A stretch of 64,000 nt of DNA from Selaginella moellendorffii (taxonomy: Eukaryota; Plantae; Lycopodiophyta), in contig NW_003314296.1 of assembly GCF_000143415.4 (NCBI RefSeq), positions 440,505-504,504 of the forward strand, written 5' to 3'. The notes beneath the pieces were generated by a model that made no database searches, had not been told where the DNA came from, and saw only the letters and a list, made by a program, of their open reading frames with translations. This document shows, piece by piece, positions 48,735-59,676 of this stretch; the stretch's first letter is position 1; the number at the start of each line of letters is the position of its first letter. The position numbers and the translations under genes are program-made.

Positions 48735-49303
48735 TCAACTCGGCCCGGGAGACTTTACGCATACCTTAGAAACGGAGCGTTGTTGACGAGCAAGCTTTCG
48801 CCTACCATCGAGATCATTCGCATTGCAATCCATGCAAAAGGTTCTATCATTTTGCTCTTCGAAACTGTAGTAACATTATAGAAAAAATCACGAGAGAAAA
48901 GAAAGAATCTCCGACCTGGTTATGGAGCAAAAGGAGCAAAATCCTTCCGCACATCCCTCGCAAGTAATCAAACCATTCAAAAACTTCCTGAGAAGAAAAA
49001 ATAAGAAGTAAAGCATCGAAAGGGAAAAAGGAAGGGGAAAATCTTCCTTACTTGCAGCGAAAGCATTGATCACTGCCCAAAAAATCTGGAGCTGGTACTT
49101 CCATTATTGTGTTCTTGAGATTGAATTGGAAACTCTGCATTCCCGCCCAGAGCTTTTGCAGCGTCCGATCTACAAAGACCTCGCATTCTCTCACATTCTC
49201 GAAATCACAAAACCAGGAGCGTACCATAGATAGATCTCCGCCCGTCACTGCTCGCCGTGGAGTGGCTGGTCTCAAATCCATCGCTGGGCGCCAAGCGCTT
49301 CAT
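48735..49303 (-). CDS. SIVA-like zinc-finger protein; 4 exons (49303-49225, 49169-49052, 48987-48916, 48864-~48735)
   Basis: Spliced: MKRLAP..RRSIYDRTLQKLWAGMQ..QCFRCKK..TCEGCAEGFCSFCSITSFEEQNDRTFCMDC. The helix resembles SIVA VYEKT..LLF.GA and the C-terminus matches SIVA's CxxC-x4-CxxC-x11-CxxC. The 3' end is uncertain. Confidence 0.72.
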
Positions 49304-49511
49304 TCCGATAAACCCTAAAATCGCGTTAGCAAAGGAAGAATGAAGGCAAGAGCGCGCGAGAGTTCTTGGATCCAAATTCCCATCGGACGATGAAAATGCC
49401 GCCACGATTTCCGAGCGTGTTAGATCCGAGAATATGCTCCCTCCAAAGCTTAACCCCTCCAAAATTTCCATCGATCGATCGATCCGAGCTCACGATTCGA
49501 TCCGTCCGAGC

Positions 49512-52448
49512 TCACGACTCGCCCCGATTCGACGAAAGCATCGCGAGCTTGGCCATGATCACGTAGGGCGACGATTTCCTGGACTGCATCTCAAAGAGCT
49601 CCTCGGCCGCTCGCCGCCCGCGCTTGACATCGCTGTGGATGGAGCACGCCCCGAGCAGCGTCTCCCACACGCTCTTGCTCAGCTTGTGCGCCGGCATCTT
49701 GCGGAGCCACTCCTCCGCCTCCTCCAGCCGCCCCGCCCGCCCAAAGAGATCGATCATGCAAGCGTAGTGCTCGCGGTAGGGCAAGATCCCGTGATCGTGG
49801 AGCAGCGACGCGAAATATCCACACCCGCGACCGATCAATCCCGCCTGGCTGCAAGCGCTGAGGATGCTCACGAAGCCGATCGCGTCCGCGCGGTGCCCGC
49901 TCTGCTGCATCCGCTCGAACAGCGCGATCGCTCGCTCCGACTGGCCGCGCCGCGCGAATCCAGACACCAGCGCGTTCCACATGAACATCGTGTGTTCTTG
50001 AGCGCCGTGGAAGATCTTCTGCGATTGCTCCAGCCGGCCGCAGCTCGCGTACATGTGGATCAGTGCTGTGATCACGCCGACGTCGCGATCGAAGCCGAGA
50101 TCGGTCGCCCTGCGGTGGATTCTCTCCCCGGCGGTGAGCTCCGCCATGCCCGCGCACGCATTGAGCGCAAGAACTAGGGTAAGCTTGTCCGGCGCGATGT
50201 CCATGGAGTCGTACGTACGGAGAGCCGGCGGCGTGCCGCCATGGGCATCAATCATGGCGTTCCACAGCACGACGTCGCGGCGGTACGGCGGTACCGCCGC
50301 GAAGGCCTCCTCCGCGCGGCTCACCTCCGCGGCACTGCCGTACGCAGCCACGAGTACGGTAGCCACCACGACGTCGCGATTCATGCCGCGCTGCACGACG
50401 TGGCTGTGCACCGCCGCCAACGTCTCGCGACCAGCAGTGGCGGCGGCGGTAAGGGCGTTCACGAACGAGATCTCATCCGGCGTCACGCCCTCGAGTAGCA
50501 TTTCCCCGTAGAGCGTGAGAACGCGCTCGAATTCCTCGTGCTGGGCCAGAGCCGATCCCATCGCGTTCCACGCGATGAGATCCAGCCTCTGGCCGGAGCG
50601 CCGCAGCGCGTCAAACACGGCGTCCGCGCGGCACAGGTCGCGGCACTTGCCGTACATGTTGAGCAGCGCCGTGCGGATGATCACGTCCTCTTCCCGCCCG
50701 GCCTCGGCGACGCAGAGGTGTACGGATGTACCGTGCGGTATCCCACGGTATCCCGCGGCGGCACAGGCGTTGAGAGCGGTCACGAAGCTTATGTCGTCGA
50801 AGGCCATGCCCTGGTGGTGCATCTGGTGGACGAGAGAGAGCGCTTCCTCCCAGAGATTCCTATCGGTATAGGCCGTGATCATCGAGTTCCAGGAGCTCAA
50901 GTCGCGATTGATCGAAGCTCCGCCCATGGCGACATCGAAGACCCGATTGGCAGCATCCAGATCTCCACAGGCGGCGTACATGTGGATCAAGAGACCGCCC
51001 ACATCGGCCTCCACCCCGGATCGCGCTGCCAGCGCGTGGATCTCCACCCCGGACTCCAGATCGAGCAGATTTGCGCAAGCAGTGAGCGCGGCAGCGATCG
51101 AGACCCTCGTCGGCAGGAGCTCGTCGCCGATCGCGGCCCTCATCGCATGGAAGATCTCCATCGTCTCGGCGAATCGCTCGGCGCGAGAGTAGCCCGAGAG
51201 CATCGCGTTCCAGGCGATGAGATCCCGGCGATGGAGCTGGATGGAATCGAAGACCGCTCGAGCGGCGGCGAGATCGCCACACTTGGCGTACATGTCCACC
51301 AGCGCGGTGGCGATGGCGAGGTCGGATCCATGACCGGAGGATCTCGCGATGGTGTGGAGGATGAATCCATCGCCCAGGAGCTGGGGCTGCTCAGCGCTCG
51401 CGATGGATCCCAGCGTGTTGAGGAAGCTGACCTTGTCCGGGGGCACGCCCAGCTCCGGGGAGATCCGGTGGAAGAGCTCGATCGCCTCACGCGGGCGGTG
51501 GTGGTGAGCGAATGCCGCGATCATGGAATTGATCGATACGAGATCCAAGCGATCGATCTTGCGGAAGACATCGCGAGCGCCGGCGAGGCTGCCACAGCTC
51601 CTGGCATAGGCTGTGAGGAGCGCGGTGGCGAGGATGGTGTCCGATCGCAAGAGCTCGTCGTGGATCATGACGCGGTGGAATCGCTCGAGGCGGGGAAGAT
51701 CCACCGGAGCCACGAACGTCGCGATGATCGCCATGAGAGTGCCAGCGTCGGGCCTGGAGCTGGATTCGTGCTGCATCGTGTGGAAGATCGTCGTGGCGGC
51801 GGGCAAGAGGTGCGAGGAGACGTGCGCGGCGATGATCGAGTTCCAGGAGATCGTGTCCTTGCGGGCGATTCGATGGAACGCCCGCGTCGCATCGATCAGG
51901 CTCTGGCACCGTGAGTATCCGGCGATGAGCGCGTTGCCCAGGACGAGATCGGTGGAGAGCCCGGCCTCGTGGATCCATCCCTGGAGCGTTCTCGCGAATT
52001 CAAGATCGCGGGGGTGCTGGAGGAGCTGGATCACGGCCAGGAGCGCGATCTTGTCCGGCGTAGCGCCGTGGAGCAGCATTTCGCGAAAGAGGGCATTTGC
52101 TCTGGAGAAATGCCCATAGCGGGCAAATGCTGCGACGAGGCAAGTCCACGAGACGACGCTCCAGGCGGCAGGGGAGGGGAAGATCCGAGCGGCGGAATCG
52201 ACGTCGCCCATCTTGACGTAGATCTGGAGGAGCTGATTTCCAAGGAACGGATTGATGCCATGACGATCTTTGGTGGCAATGCGGTGGACGCGATTGACCT
52301 GCGAGGGATTTGCGCAAGATCCCAGGAGCCCGGCGAGGGTGGTGTAGCTTGGATCGATGCTGCCCTGCTCCAGGCGATCGATGAGCGTGTCCACGCTTGG
52401 ATTGGCGAGCGTGCTGAGGAATCGTGATGATCGTAGGGCTCGGCTCAT
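49512..52448 (-). CDS. PLS-class PPR protein with E domain, no DYW
   Basis: 978-aa intronless ORF with a targeting-peptide-like N-terminus (MSRALRSSRFLST), PLS triplets, ACSQAGL, HYACMIDLFGRAG, WETLLGAC and SPYVIMAKL. Confidence 0.93.
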   Translation of the reverse strand: MSRALRSSRFLSTLANPSVDTLIDRLEQGSIDPSYTTLAGLLGSCANPSQVNRVHRIATKDRHGINPFLGNQLLQIYVKMGDVDSAARIFPSPAAWSVVSWTCLVAAFARYGHFSRANALFREMLLHGATPDKIALLAVIQLLQHPRDLEFARTLQGWIHEAGLSTDLVLGNALIAGYSRCQSLIDATRAFHRIARKDTISWNSIIAAHVSSHLLPAATTIFHTMQHESSSRPDAGTLMAIIATFVAPVDLPRLERFHRVMIHDELLRSDTILATALLTAYARSCGSLAGARDVFRKIDRLDLVSINSMIAAFAHHHRPREAIELFHRISPELGVPPDKVSFLNTLGSIASAEQPQLLGDGFILHTIARSSGHGSDLAIATALVDMYAKCGDLAAARAVFDSIQLHRRDLIAWNAMLSGYSRAERFAETMEIFHAMRAAIGDELLPTRVSIAAALTACANLLDLESGVEIHALAARSGVEADVGGLLIHMYAACGDLDAANRVFDVAMGGASINRDLSSWNSMITAYTDRNLWEEALSLVHQMHHQGMAFDDISFVTALNACAAAGYRGIPHGTSVHLCVAEAGREEDVIIRTALLNMYGKCRDLCRADAVFDALRRSGQRLDLIAWNAMGSALAQHEEFERVLTLYGEMLLEGVTPDEISFVNALTAAATAGRETLAAVHSHVVQRGMNRDVVVATVLVAAYGSAAEVSRAEEAFAAVPPYRRDVVLWNAMIDAHGGTPPALRTYDSMDIAPDKLTLVLALNACAGMAELTAGERIHRRATDLGFDRDVGVITALIHMYASCGRLEQSQKIFHGAQEHTMFMWNALVSGFARRGQSERAIALFERMQQSGHRADAIGFVSILSACSQAGLIGRGCGYFASLLHDHGILPYREHYACMIDLFGRAGRLEEAEEWLRKMPAHKLSKSVWETLLGACSIHSDVKRGRRAAEELFEMQSRKSSPYVIMAKLAMLSSNRGES

Positions 52449-52829
52449 CCATGACCCCGCCTAGGGTTTCATCCTTTACGCGGCTTTGTAAACTCTACAA
52501 AGTCTTTGGAACAGAACGGACGTACGGGTCCACTTCCACTCACATTTCTATGGCCGGGTATCCTAGGCCTTGCCGGTTTCTTGGCCATCAAGAGCACAGG
52601 AACCAGTTAGTTGAGGAACTTGGACGTGTGATGCGTGAAATGGTTTATGTGTGGATTGAAAGGGAATGTGAGTGTAAAAGAGCAAGAGAAAAAGTGTGTA
52701 TAGGGACATCAACCACACGGAGCTTGCAGCTTGTGGAGCATGGATGGCATACCGTTCGTGGTGTGTTGGGGAATTGTGATCCTGGCCTAGGGTTTTGGAT
52801 TTGCACAATCAAAACTAGGCTCTTAGATC

Positions 52830-55570
52830 TGTTGGAATCTTTGTGTAACTCGTGATCAAGTGTGTGAGAGAAGTTGGCATCTCTTAGTTACTCGAGTTAG
52901 TGGTGTCCCAGCATGAGAGAATGGAAGGGTTTCATACTGTCGTGTGAGGCATCTCCAGGTGAGAGAGGCCTAGGAGCCAATGCAAGCTTGCTTGATTATA
53001 GCACTCGGCTGACACCTTGAGTTAGGATGTGGTTCACAGTTCATGAAAACGTCCGAAGGCCTTCTAGCTTTTGTGCCACCTGGTGGGCAAATAGTCCAAG
53101 CTAGGACTGATCCATGTTCCCCCATACACTTGATTTACATATCAACAGTACATACATGGGCAGCACTCCAAGTTGGAGCTAATAGTGCCTATGCAACTCT
53201 ATATGAGCAGTTTTAAAAAATGAGAGCCGCAACACCCATGGGTGGACATGTATGACCTCCAAGTCCATGCATTGTTGTAGACCAGGGCTCCCACTGAGCA
53301 TGAGACGGTAATGCTCCTGAGCTAGCAATGCCCATCCCAGATGGCCTGATGGACACAGCATAAATGGGAAAAAGCTACTTGTGTATTGATGCAACCCTCA
53401 CCTGGTTTACATACACATTCTGGTTTCCTTAGATTGTGCCTTGATCTCTCCTTGATCTGCTGCTGTTTGCTCCAACACTCCCCCTCAATCTGATGTCTCT
53501 TATCAGATTGCTACTCCCCCTGTGAGATCAGTCCGAGTTGTTGTCGCAGACGCTCCATGAGCAAATCCGCTGTCATGTCATGGAGATGTATTTCAGCTTG
53601 ACCTCTTCTCTCTCGATCCTCTCCCTGATAAAGTAGTAGAACATCTTGAAATGTTTATTTCTCCCATGACGCACTGGTTCGTGATAGATTGAAGACATGC
53701 TGTGTTATTGTTGTAAACGTTTAGTGTTGCTTGCAGCTAAACTGATGTCCTAGAACAAGTATCGAATCCATAAAGCTTCCTTGACAGCTTCTGTAACAAC
53801 TGCTTCACAAGTGGACAATGCCACCATTCTCTATTTCTGGCTGTGCCATGATACAACTGCATTAGAAAATTTAAACTTATACCCAGCTGTTGTCTCCGAC
53901 CATCTAGGTCATCAGCGAGGTTAGCATCTACCATTCCATATCCAATCCAATTTCTCTTGTAAGTTTGACTTACATATTTACCACTGCATACCAATGTCTC
54001 TTCCCAGGATTCTGCATGAACTGGGACACTCTGGAAACTATGTCCAATCTGCTTGATGTGGCTAAATGCATCAATGCTCCAACCATATTTTGATATGGTA
54101 GCATAGCCATCTCTTTCCTCTCCCCCTTGGGAGGAACATGGTTGATTGGCTCTGGAGAGTTTGTTGAATTGTAGTACTGGAGTCAGAGCTGGTCATGTAG
54201 TGAAAAAATAACTGTATTTCCTGATAAGATTTGAAATATACTTATGTTGATGACTCTTTAGAATTCAACTTTCCCTATCACGCACTATTTACAAGCCTAA
54301 CAGAAGGTCATTCAAAGCTGTTGGAAAGCTGTTCTTTAAGCCAATATAGACTTGTTGTCTTTCCAACCATGATAAGATTGTTGACATAAACACACACGAG
54401 AATCATCTGAAAAACAATAATATAAATTCCAATTCTTAGTGATTGTTAAATAGATTGATGGACTTTGCAAATATAACACTACTTTCCTTGGATTGAAGGT
54501 TGACACATATATACTAGTTCCTCTAGCTTGCTATTGAGGAATGTATTTTTAACATCCATCTGCTCAACCTCAAGATTCAAATGATTAGCAGTTGCAAGAA
54601 CAAAGTGGAAAGAAACCATTTTAAATATTGGTGAAATATCTCATTATAATCAATTCCAACTCATTGTTTGTAATCTTTTGCAAATAATCTTGCCTTCTAT
54701 CAATTAATCTCACTTTTCTCCTTGTAATTAGCTTGTGTACCCACTTACCCTATAATTGATGCCTCGCTCAAAACCTCGTGGTTGAACAAGCATCTAGGGA
54801 CCATTCTCCAGCTGAGCAAGATACTCATCCTCACCAATGAAAATGTTATGGTCCCCAAAATGCTTCACCTAAAAAGTTGTTGGTTCATGAATGCATAGTA
54901 ATGCAGAATGGTTTTTTTTTTTTAAAAAGAGTGTCTCGGTAGTGAACTAGTGATTGAAGCATCTAGAGACTCATCATTGTCTCATCTCAAGCCATTACTG
55001 TCTGAGTATCCAGTTTATTAAAATTCTGAAGTGAAGTACCTCGTTTTGAGATTTCAGAGTTATTGTTATTGGTGGTGGGAGGAAAATCTTCTTAAAGTGA
55101 TGGTTCAAGAGGTAGTGGCAATGGTGATTTTATTGAGGAGTTTTTCTATTCTATTGATTTTATTAAGTATCAAATTGTGTGTTAAGGAAGTTGAGTAGTG
55201 TGAGTCTCTTATTTATGTTGTAGTTTATAACAAGATATCTTTTATTATTCACCTTTTTGTTTAGATAGAGTCTCTTATAATAGAAGGTATTTTGTTATCC
55301 AAGTTTTACACACATCTTATCCCCTTTTAGATGGCTATTTTGTGAGGCAACTAGTCATGCTTTGATCCGTGTATGCTCCACCAAGAGGAAGGACATACAC
55401 ATGAATGCTCAATATGTACGATTTTAAATTTAGGGGTAGGAATATACTTTGCTCAAGGGCATATTATATTTTAAATAGCCACTAATCAATGAGAATCGAA
55501 CCCATGCCATTTGCTCCGTCCATGTATGTTCCACCAAAAGGAAGGACATATGCATAGATGCCCAATATGT
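52830..55570 (-). mobile_element. Degenerate Ty1/Copia element (3' LTR, PPT, RNaseH, RT)
   Basis: Minus-strand PPT tgagggggag (53487-53478) directly followed by TGTTGG at 53477. A matching CCAACA end lies at 52830 (alternative 52764). RNaseH KHFKMFYYFIRE (~53620-53660) and RT ARLFAKDYKQ..IDYNEIF..EQMDVKNTFL (~54535-54695). Confidence 0.85.
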
Positions 55571-55572
55571 AC

Positions 55573-57954
55573 TGTGAGGGCCAAGTGTACGGCTATAATG
55601 CCGTATACTAATATTAGCGTAATGGGAGTTTAGTAGCCATCAGATTGGTTTCAATTTGGACTACTTACCCCTGTATACAAGTTAGGGTTTTTGGGCTAAT
55701 TGATATGGACATTTTTTGTATTTCCTTTCCATATTCCAAGCACTCACATTAATGGAGGTAAGGGGCACTTTTGATTGTCCCTGAGGAGTGCTTGAATTTG
55801 GGATTTTGGTTTAGATCTAACTTTTGCATCGTCTAGATCTAGCTTTTTCCATTTCCTTTCTTTTGTTCTTCTCTTTCAGGATTTTGGTTTAGATAACTTT
55901 TTGCATTGTTTAGATTTACCATTTCCTTCTAGCTTTTTGTCATTTCTCTTCTTTTGCTCTTTTTCATTCATCTTCATGGTAGATCAACAATCTCCTCCTT
56001 TGACTCTAGAGCAACAATTGGTACAATTGCTTGATGCTATGCGCTTGCAATTGAACAATCAAACTCAGTTCATGGTGGTGTTCACGGCACATGGTACAAC
56101 TCTTCCTGCTTTTGGTGCCAATCCTTGTGTTCAGCCGGAGTTTTTTCACGGGAATCTTGGGGATGATGTGTACCATTGGTTCAATCACTTCATGGTGATT
56201 GCCACATATCATTTTTGGGATGATGCTCGATGTTTGCATGAGTTTCCCACGTATTTTTAAGGGACAGTGTTGCAATGGTACAATGGTTTGAGTGTAGCCA
56301 TTTGTGGGGATTGGAGTGTTCTCTCGGACGTCTTCAAACGCGCCTTCGGACATGCCGACGACTGTGATGATGCCTTCTAACAATTGTATCGTCTTTGCCA
56401 AGGGCCATCTGAGTCGGGTGGTGCAATTTGGCATTCATTTCCGAAGTCTTTTGCTTCGTGCGGAGCTAAATATATTAGAACGCATCAAGCTAGGAATATT
56501 GTGGCCAACACTTCTTCAAGATCTTGTTGGACTTGTGTCTGCACTTGCTCCTGCCACCCTTGACGATGTTCTTCGCTTGGCACAACATTATGAGACGTCG
56601 CCTCTTCCACTTCTTGCTGCACATACTTCAGCTCCACTTCCTATGGGTGATGGTCTTGTTCCAATGGAGGTTGATGCTATTGCTGCTCGAGTCCAAGGAC
56701 AAGGGTGAAGACATGGTTGTGGCTGTGATGTTCATTGCTGGGCGTGTGATGAAATTGGTCATACTTATCGGCGTTGTTGGTGTTTTCCGGATTGGCGACC
56801 TTCATTTCCTAGCTGGAGACTTTAGCGTTAGTAACATCCCATTGGTGCTGTTGCAGTGGAAGGTTGGACATCGAGATGCATCCGAGAAACAAGGAGTCGC
56901 GCGAGTAACGAAGGAACCTTGCGCGAATAAGTCAGTGACCCCTCCATATTTCTTTTGAGAGTATCATCAAGGGGTTCACTCGGCACCGGTTCATCCAATG
57001 TTTACTTTTTAAACTCGTTTTTATAACAAGAGGTCTTCTATTATTCTCTCCGTGTTGGTTGATACAGGTTCGAGTTTATCTTCTATTATTTGATCTGTTG
57101 CCACACGTTGCTATCTACACTTGTGTTGTGTGGTGAAACCAGTTTTCATTCTTTATAGCAATGGCCGTACACATGCATGTGCACAGGATGAGATGGACTT
57201 GGTTGTGTGTATGAGCGATCTCAAGCTTGAGTTGCAGTAATTGCGGGTGGTGTCGAGTTAAGCTTTTGACTTCATCCTTAGTATGAATTGGTTACAACGC
57301 AATTATGCCAAGTGTGACTTTGAGGCTTCTTCCCCTTGTCTCATACTTCCTTATGTTTCATCCATTCCTCTCACTTCCGTACCTCTTCGTCCCTCTATTT
57401 CTACCTTTGCTTCCATTACTTTTATTCCCCCACTATTTCCTTCTATGTTTCTGTCTTGTTTTGCTCTTCCCTTTTCCAATCCCCCCAACAATTTTTATAT
57501 TGCAGCGGTTGACTGGCTCATGAAGGAGTATTTTGATCTCTTTGAATTTGATCTATCATCTGGGGCCAAGATTGCCACACGTCATCCGATTTTAACCGAG
57601 GATGCTGGTCCAATCAAGATTACTATTTGTCATCGGTCACCCAAGGAGATCAAGATTTTACGTGCAAACGTCAAGGAGATGTTAGAGAAGGGTGTTATTT
57701 GAAAATCATGGAGTCCTTGGGCATGTGAACCTCATCTTATGGCGAAGCCTGATGGGAGTATTCGTTTCTACATTGACTATCGTCTGTTAAATGAAGTGAC
57801 AATCCCAGATATGTACCCTCTTCCTCATACTGCTGATCTCTTGGATCATTTGGGGCGAAGTCGTTGGTTCACTAAGCTAGATTTTGCTTCTGAGTACTGG
57901 CAAGTACCGATGGCCGAAGAAGATATTCCTAAGACTGCTTTTCATATACCATTT
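55573..57954 (+). mobile_element. Degenerate Ty3/Gypsy element: short 5' LTR (55573-55748), gag, protease, 5' half of RT
   Basis: LTR bounded by TGTGAG...CTCACA. Gag PEFFHG..DDVYHWF, PMEVD and knuckle CWACDEIGHTYRRC, protease VLVDTGS, RT KPDGSIRFYIDYRLLN..YPLP..FTKLD..YWQVPM..KTAF, cut off at 57954. Confidence 0.9.
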
Positions 57955-59660
57955 TGTGAGACACAAAATCCCTAGGCCCCAAAGTGGAGCCGGAAGGGCG
58001 CCACGTGGTAGTGGCCGAAGCGAGAGCCAAACAAGCGTAACATGTTTGGACCAAAAGCTCCGACTTGAAAAGTCAAGAGCGGGAGTGGAACTCCCAAAGA
58101 AGTGCTCGAGAAATGAGCACGAAGCGAGCCATAGGCAAGGCTCCAAAAAGGGACCCAAAAAGGACCAACACATGACACATGGAAGAGTCCGAGACAGAGT
58201 CCGAGACGGACCCGAGATGGAGTCCGAGATGGACCCGAGATGGAGTCCGAGATGGACCCAAGATGGAGTCCGAGATGGACCTGAGATGGAGTCCGAGATG
58301 GACCCGAGATGGAGTCCGAGATGGGGTCCAAGATGGACCCGAGATGGAGTCCGGGATGGAGTCCGAGATGGAGTCCGAGATGGACCCGAGATGGGACCCG
58401 AGATGGAGTCCGAGATGGAGTCCGAGATGGACCCGAGATGGAGTCCGAGATGGAGTCCGAGATGGACCCGAGATGGAGTCCGAGATGGAGTCTGAGATGG
58501 ACCCGAGATGGAGTCCGAGATGGAACCGGGACTGAGACCGAGACCGAGACCGAGACCGAGGCCGAGACCGAGATCGGGACTGAGACCGAGACCAAGGCCG
58601 AGGTCAAGACCGAGATCGGGACCGAGACTGAGTCCAAGTCCGAGACCGAGCCCGAGCCCGAGTCCGAGTCCGAGTCCGAGTTCGAGTCCGAGTTCGAGTC
58701 TGAGAGGGTGAAAGCCCAAAGCGTTCGTCTCCCAGACCCTGGGGGGTTTGGTGAGCTCCAAAAGTATAGTAGGGGGAGGACTGCAGTGGAGCCAGTTTGG
58801 CCAGGAAAGGCCAGTTTGGCCCAGGAAGGCCGGACCCAGTGTTGGGTGATGAGCTGCCCACTGGGAAGTCCAAGACTAGAGTGAACACGGACCGACAAGC
58901 GGGGTAGCTTGGTGAAGTGTTCAAGAGCCGGCTCTAGTTCCCCCGGGAGATCGACTGGCCGATGCTCCCAGTCCAAGTGTGGGTGGCACTACCTACTTGG
59001 ATACCTGTCATGGCTCAACGGAACCTCGCTTTAAGCCCATGGCTAGAGCACCTAAAGGCAAAAGGCGGGGAGAGTACCCATGAGGCTTGCGTAAGGCCAC
59101 GGTGTTCCGAAACGTTGTCCCGAAAGCCCAGACTAAGGATACGGTCACATGGTGAGGAAGTCCTAAAGAATAGTGGGACTTAGCGGTCAGGCCTGCGGGC
59201 CTTGATCCAGTGGCAGTGTTGGCGAACACGGCCATGGACTAAAAGGGACTTGGTGGGGACTGGAAAAGAGTTGTCAGGGAAGGTTATTCCCCATGTCTGC
59301 GGGCATCCTAAGGATGCTAAGGAGTGGATCGGGGATGATCACTCATGGACGGATGGCCCAGTCTTTGAGAGACGGGACTGTGGTATAGGTGGTGTTAGAC
59401 CACCGGTGTGACCAAGGTGAATGGGCATGGCCTAGCGTAACGGGCTGTTATGTCGGTGGTGCCTTGGGGTGTTGGTCATGGGATCAGACACGTGGAGCAC
59501 TTGGACCAAGTGCAAAGGTTGAGTGGCATGGATGCCATTCTCAGGGCTGGCAAGCCCCAAGTCCTAATTGGGACTTATGGAGGTTGTGAATGAGACTCCT
59601 CGAAGTGGTTGGAGGTGTGGTTAAGTGACTAAAGTATAATGGAAAAATTAGTTGCTTACA
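57955..59660 (+). repeat. 5' LTR (1706 bp)
   Basis: TG...CA ends with the PBS 3 nt downstream. The first ~235 bp recur at 63697. Confidence 0.9.
58185..58705 (+). repeat. Tandem array inside the LTR: 11/12-bp gagatggacc(c)/gagatggagtcc units grading into 6-bp gagacc/gagtcc units
   Basis: Visible directly. It produces the MESEMDPRWSPRW/ETETET/LGLGLG pseudo-ORFs in all frames and restarts at ~63925 in the 3' LTR. Confidence 0.95.
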
Positions 59661-59663
59661 ACT

Positions 59664-59676
59664 TGGTATCAGAGCC
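59664..59676 (+). promoter_or_regulatory. tRNA-iMet primer-binding site
   Basis: Exact TGGTATCAGAGCC just after the LTR end. Confidence 0.92.

Noticed and set aside
49310-49320. AAACCCTA motifs here and at ~22988, ~32523, ~32673 and ~52460
   Set aside because: Single telo-box-type motifs common near plant gene starts, not telomeric arrays.
55749-55765. tggaggt after the Gypsy LTR as a tRNA-Gln-type PBS
   Set aside because: Only 7 nt of complementarity, which is insufficient.
57877-58976. Long ORFs in all frames (LGLGLG, SDSDS, MESEMDPRW)
   Set aside because: Artefacts of the stop-free tandem array in the LTR.
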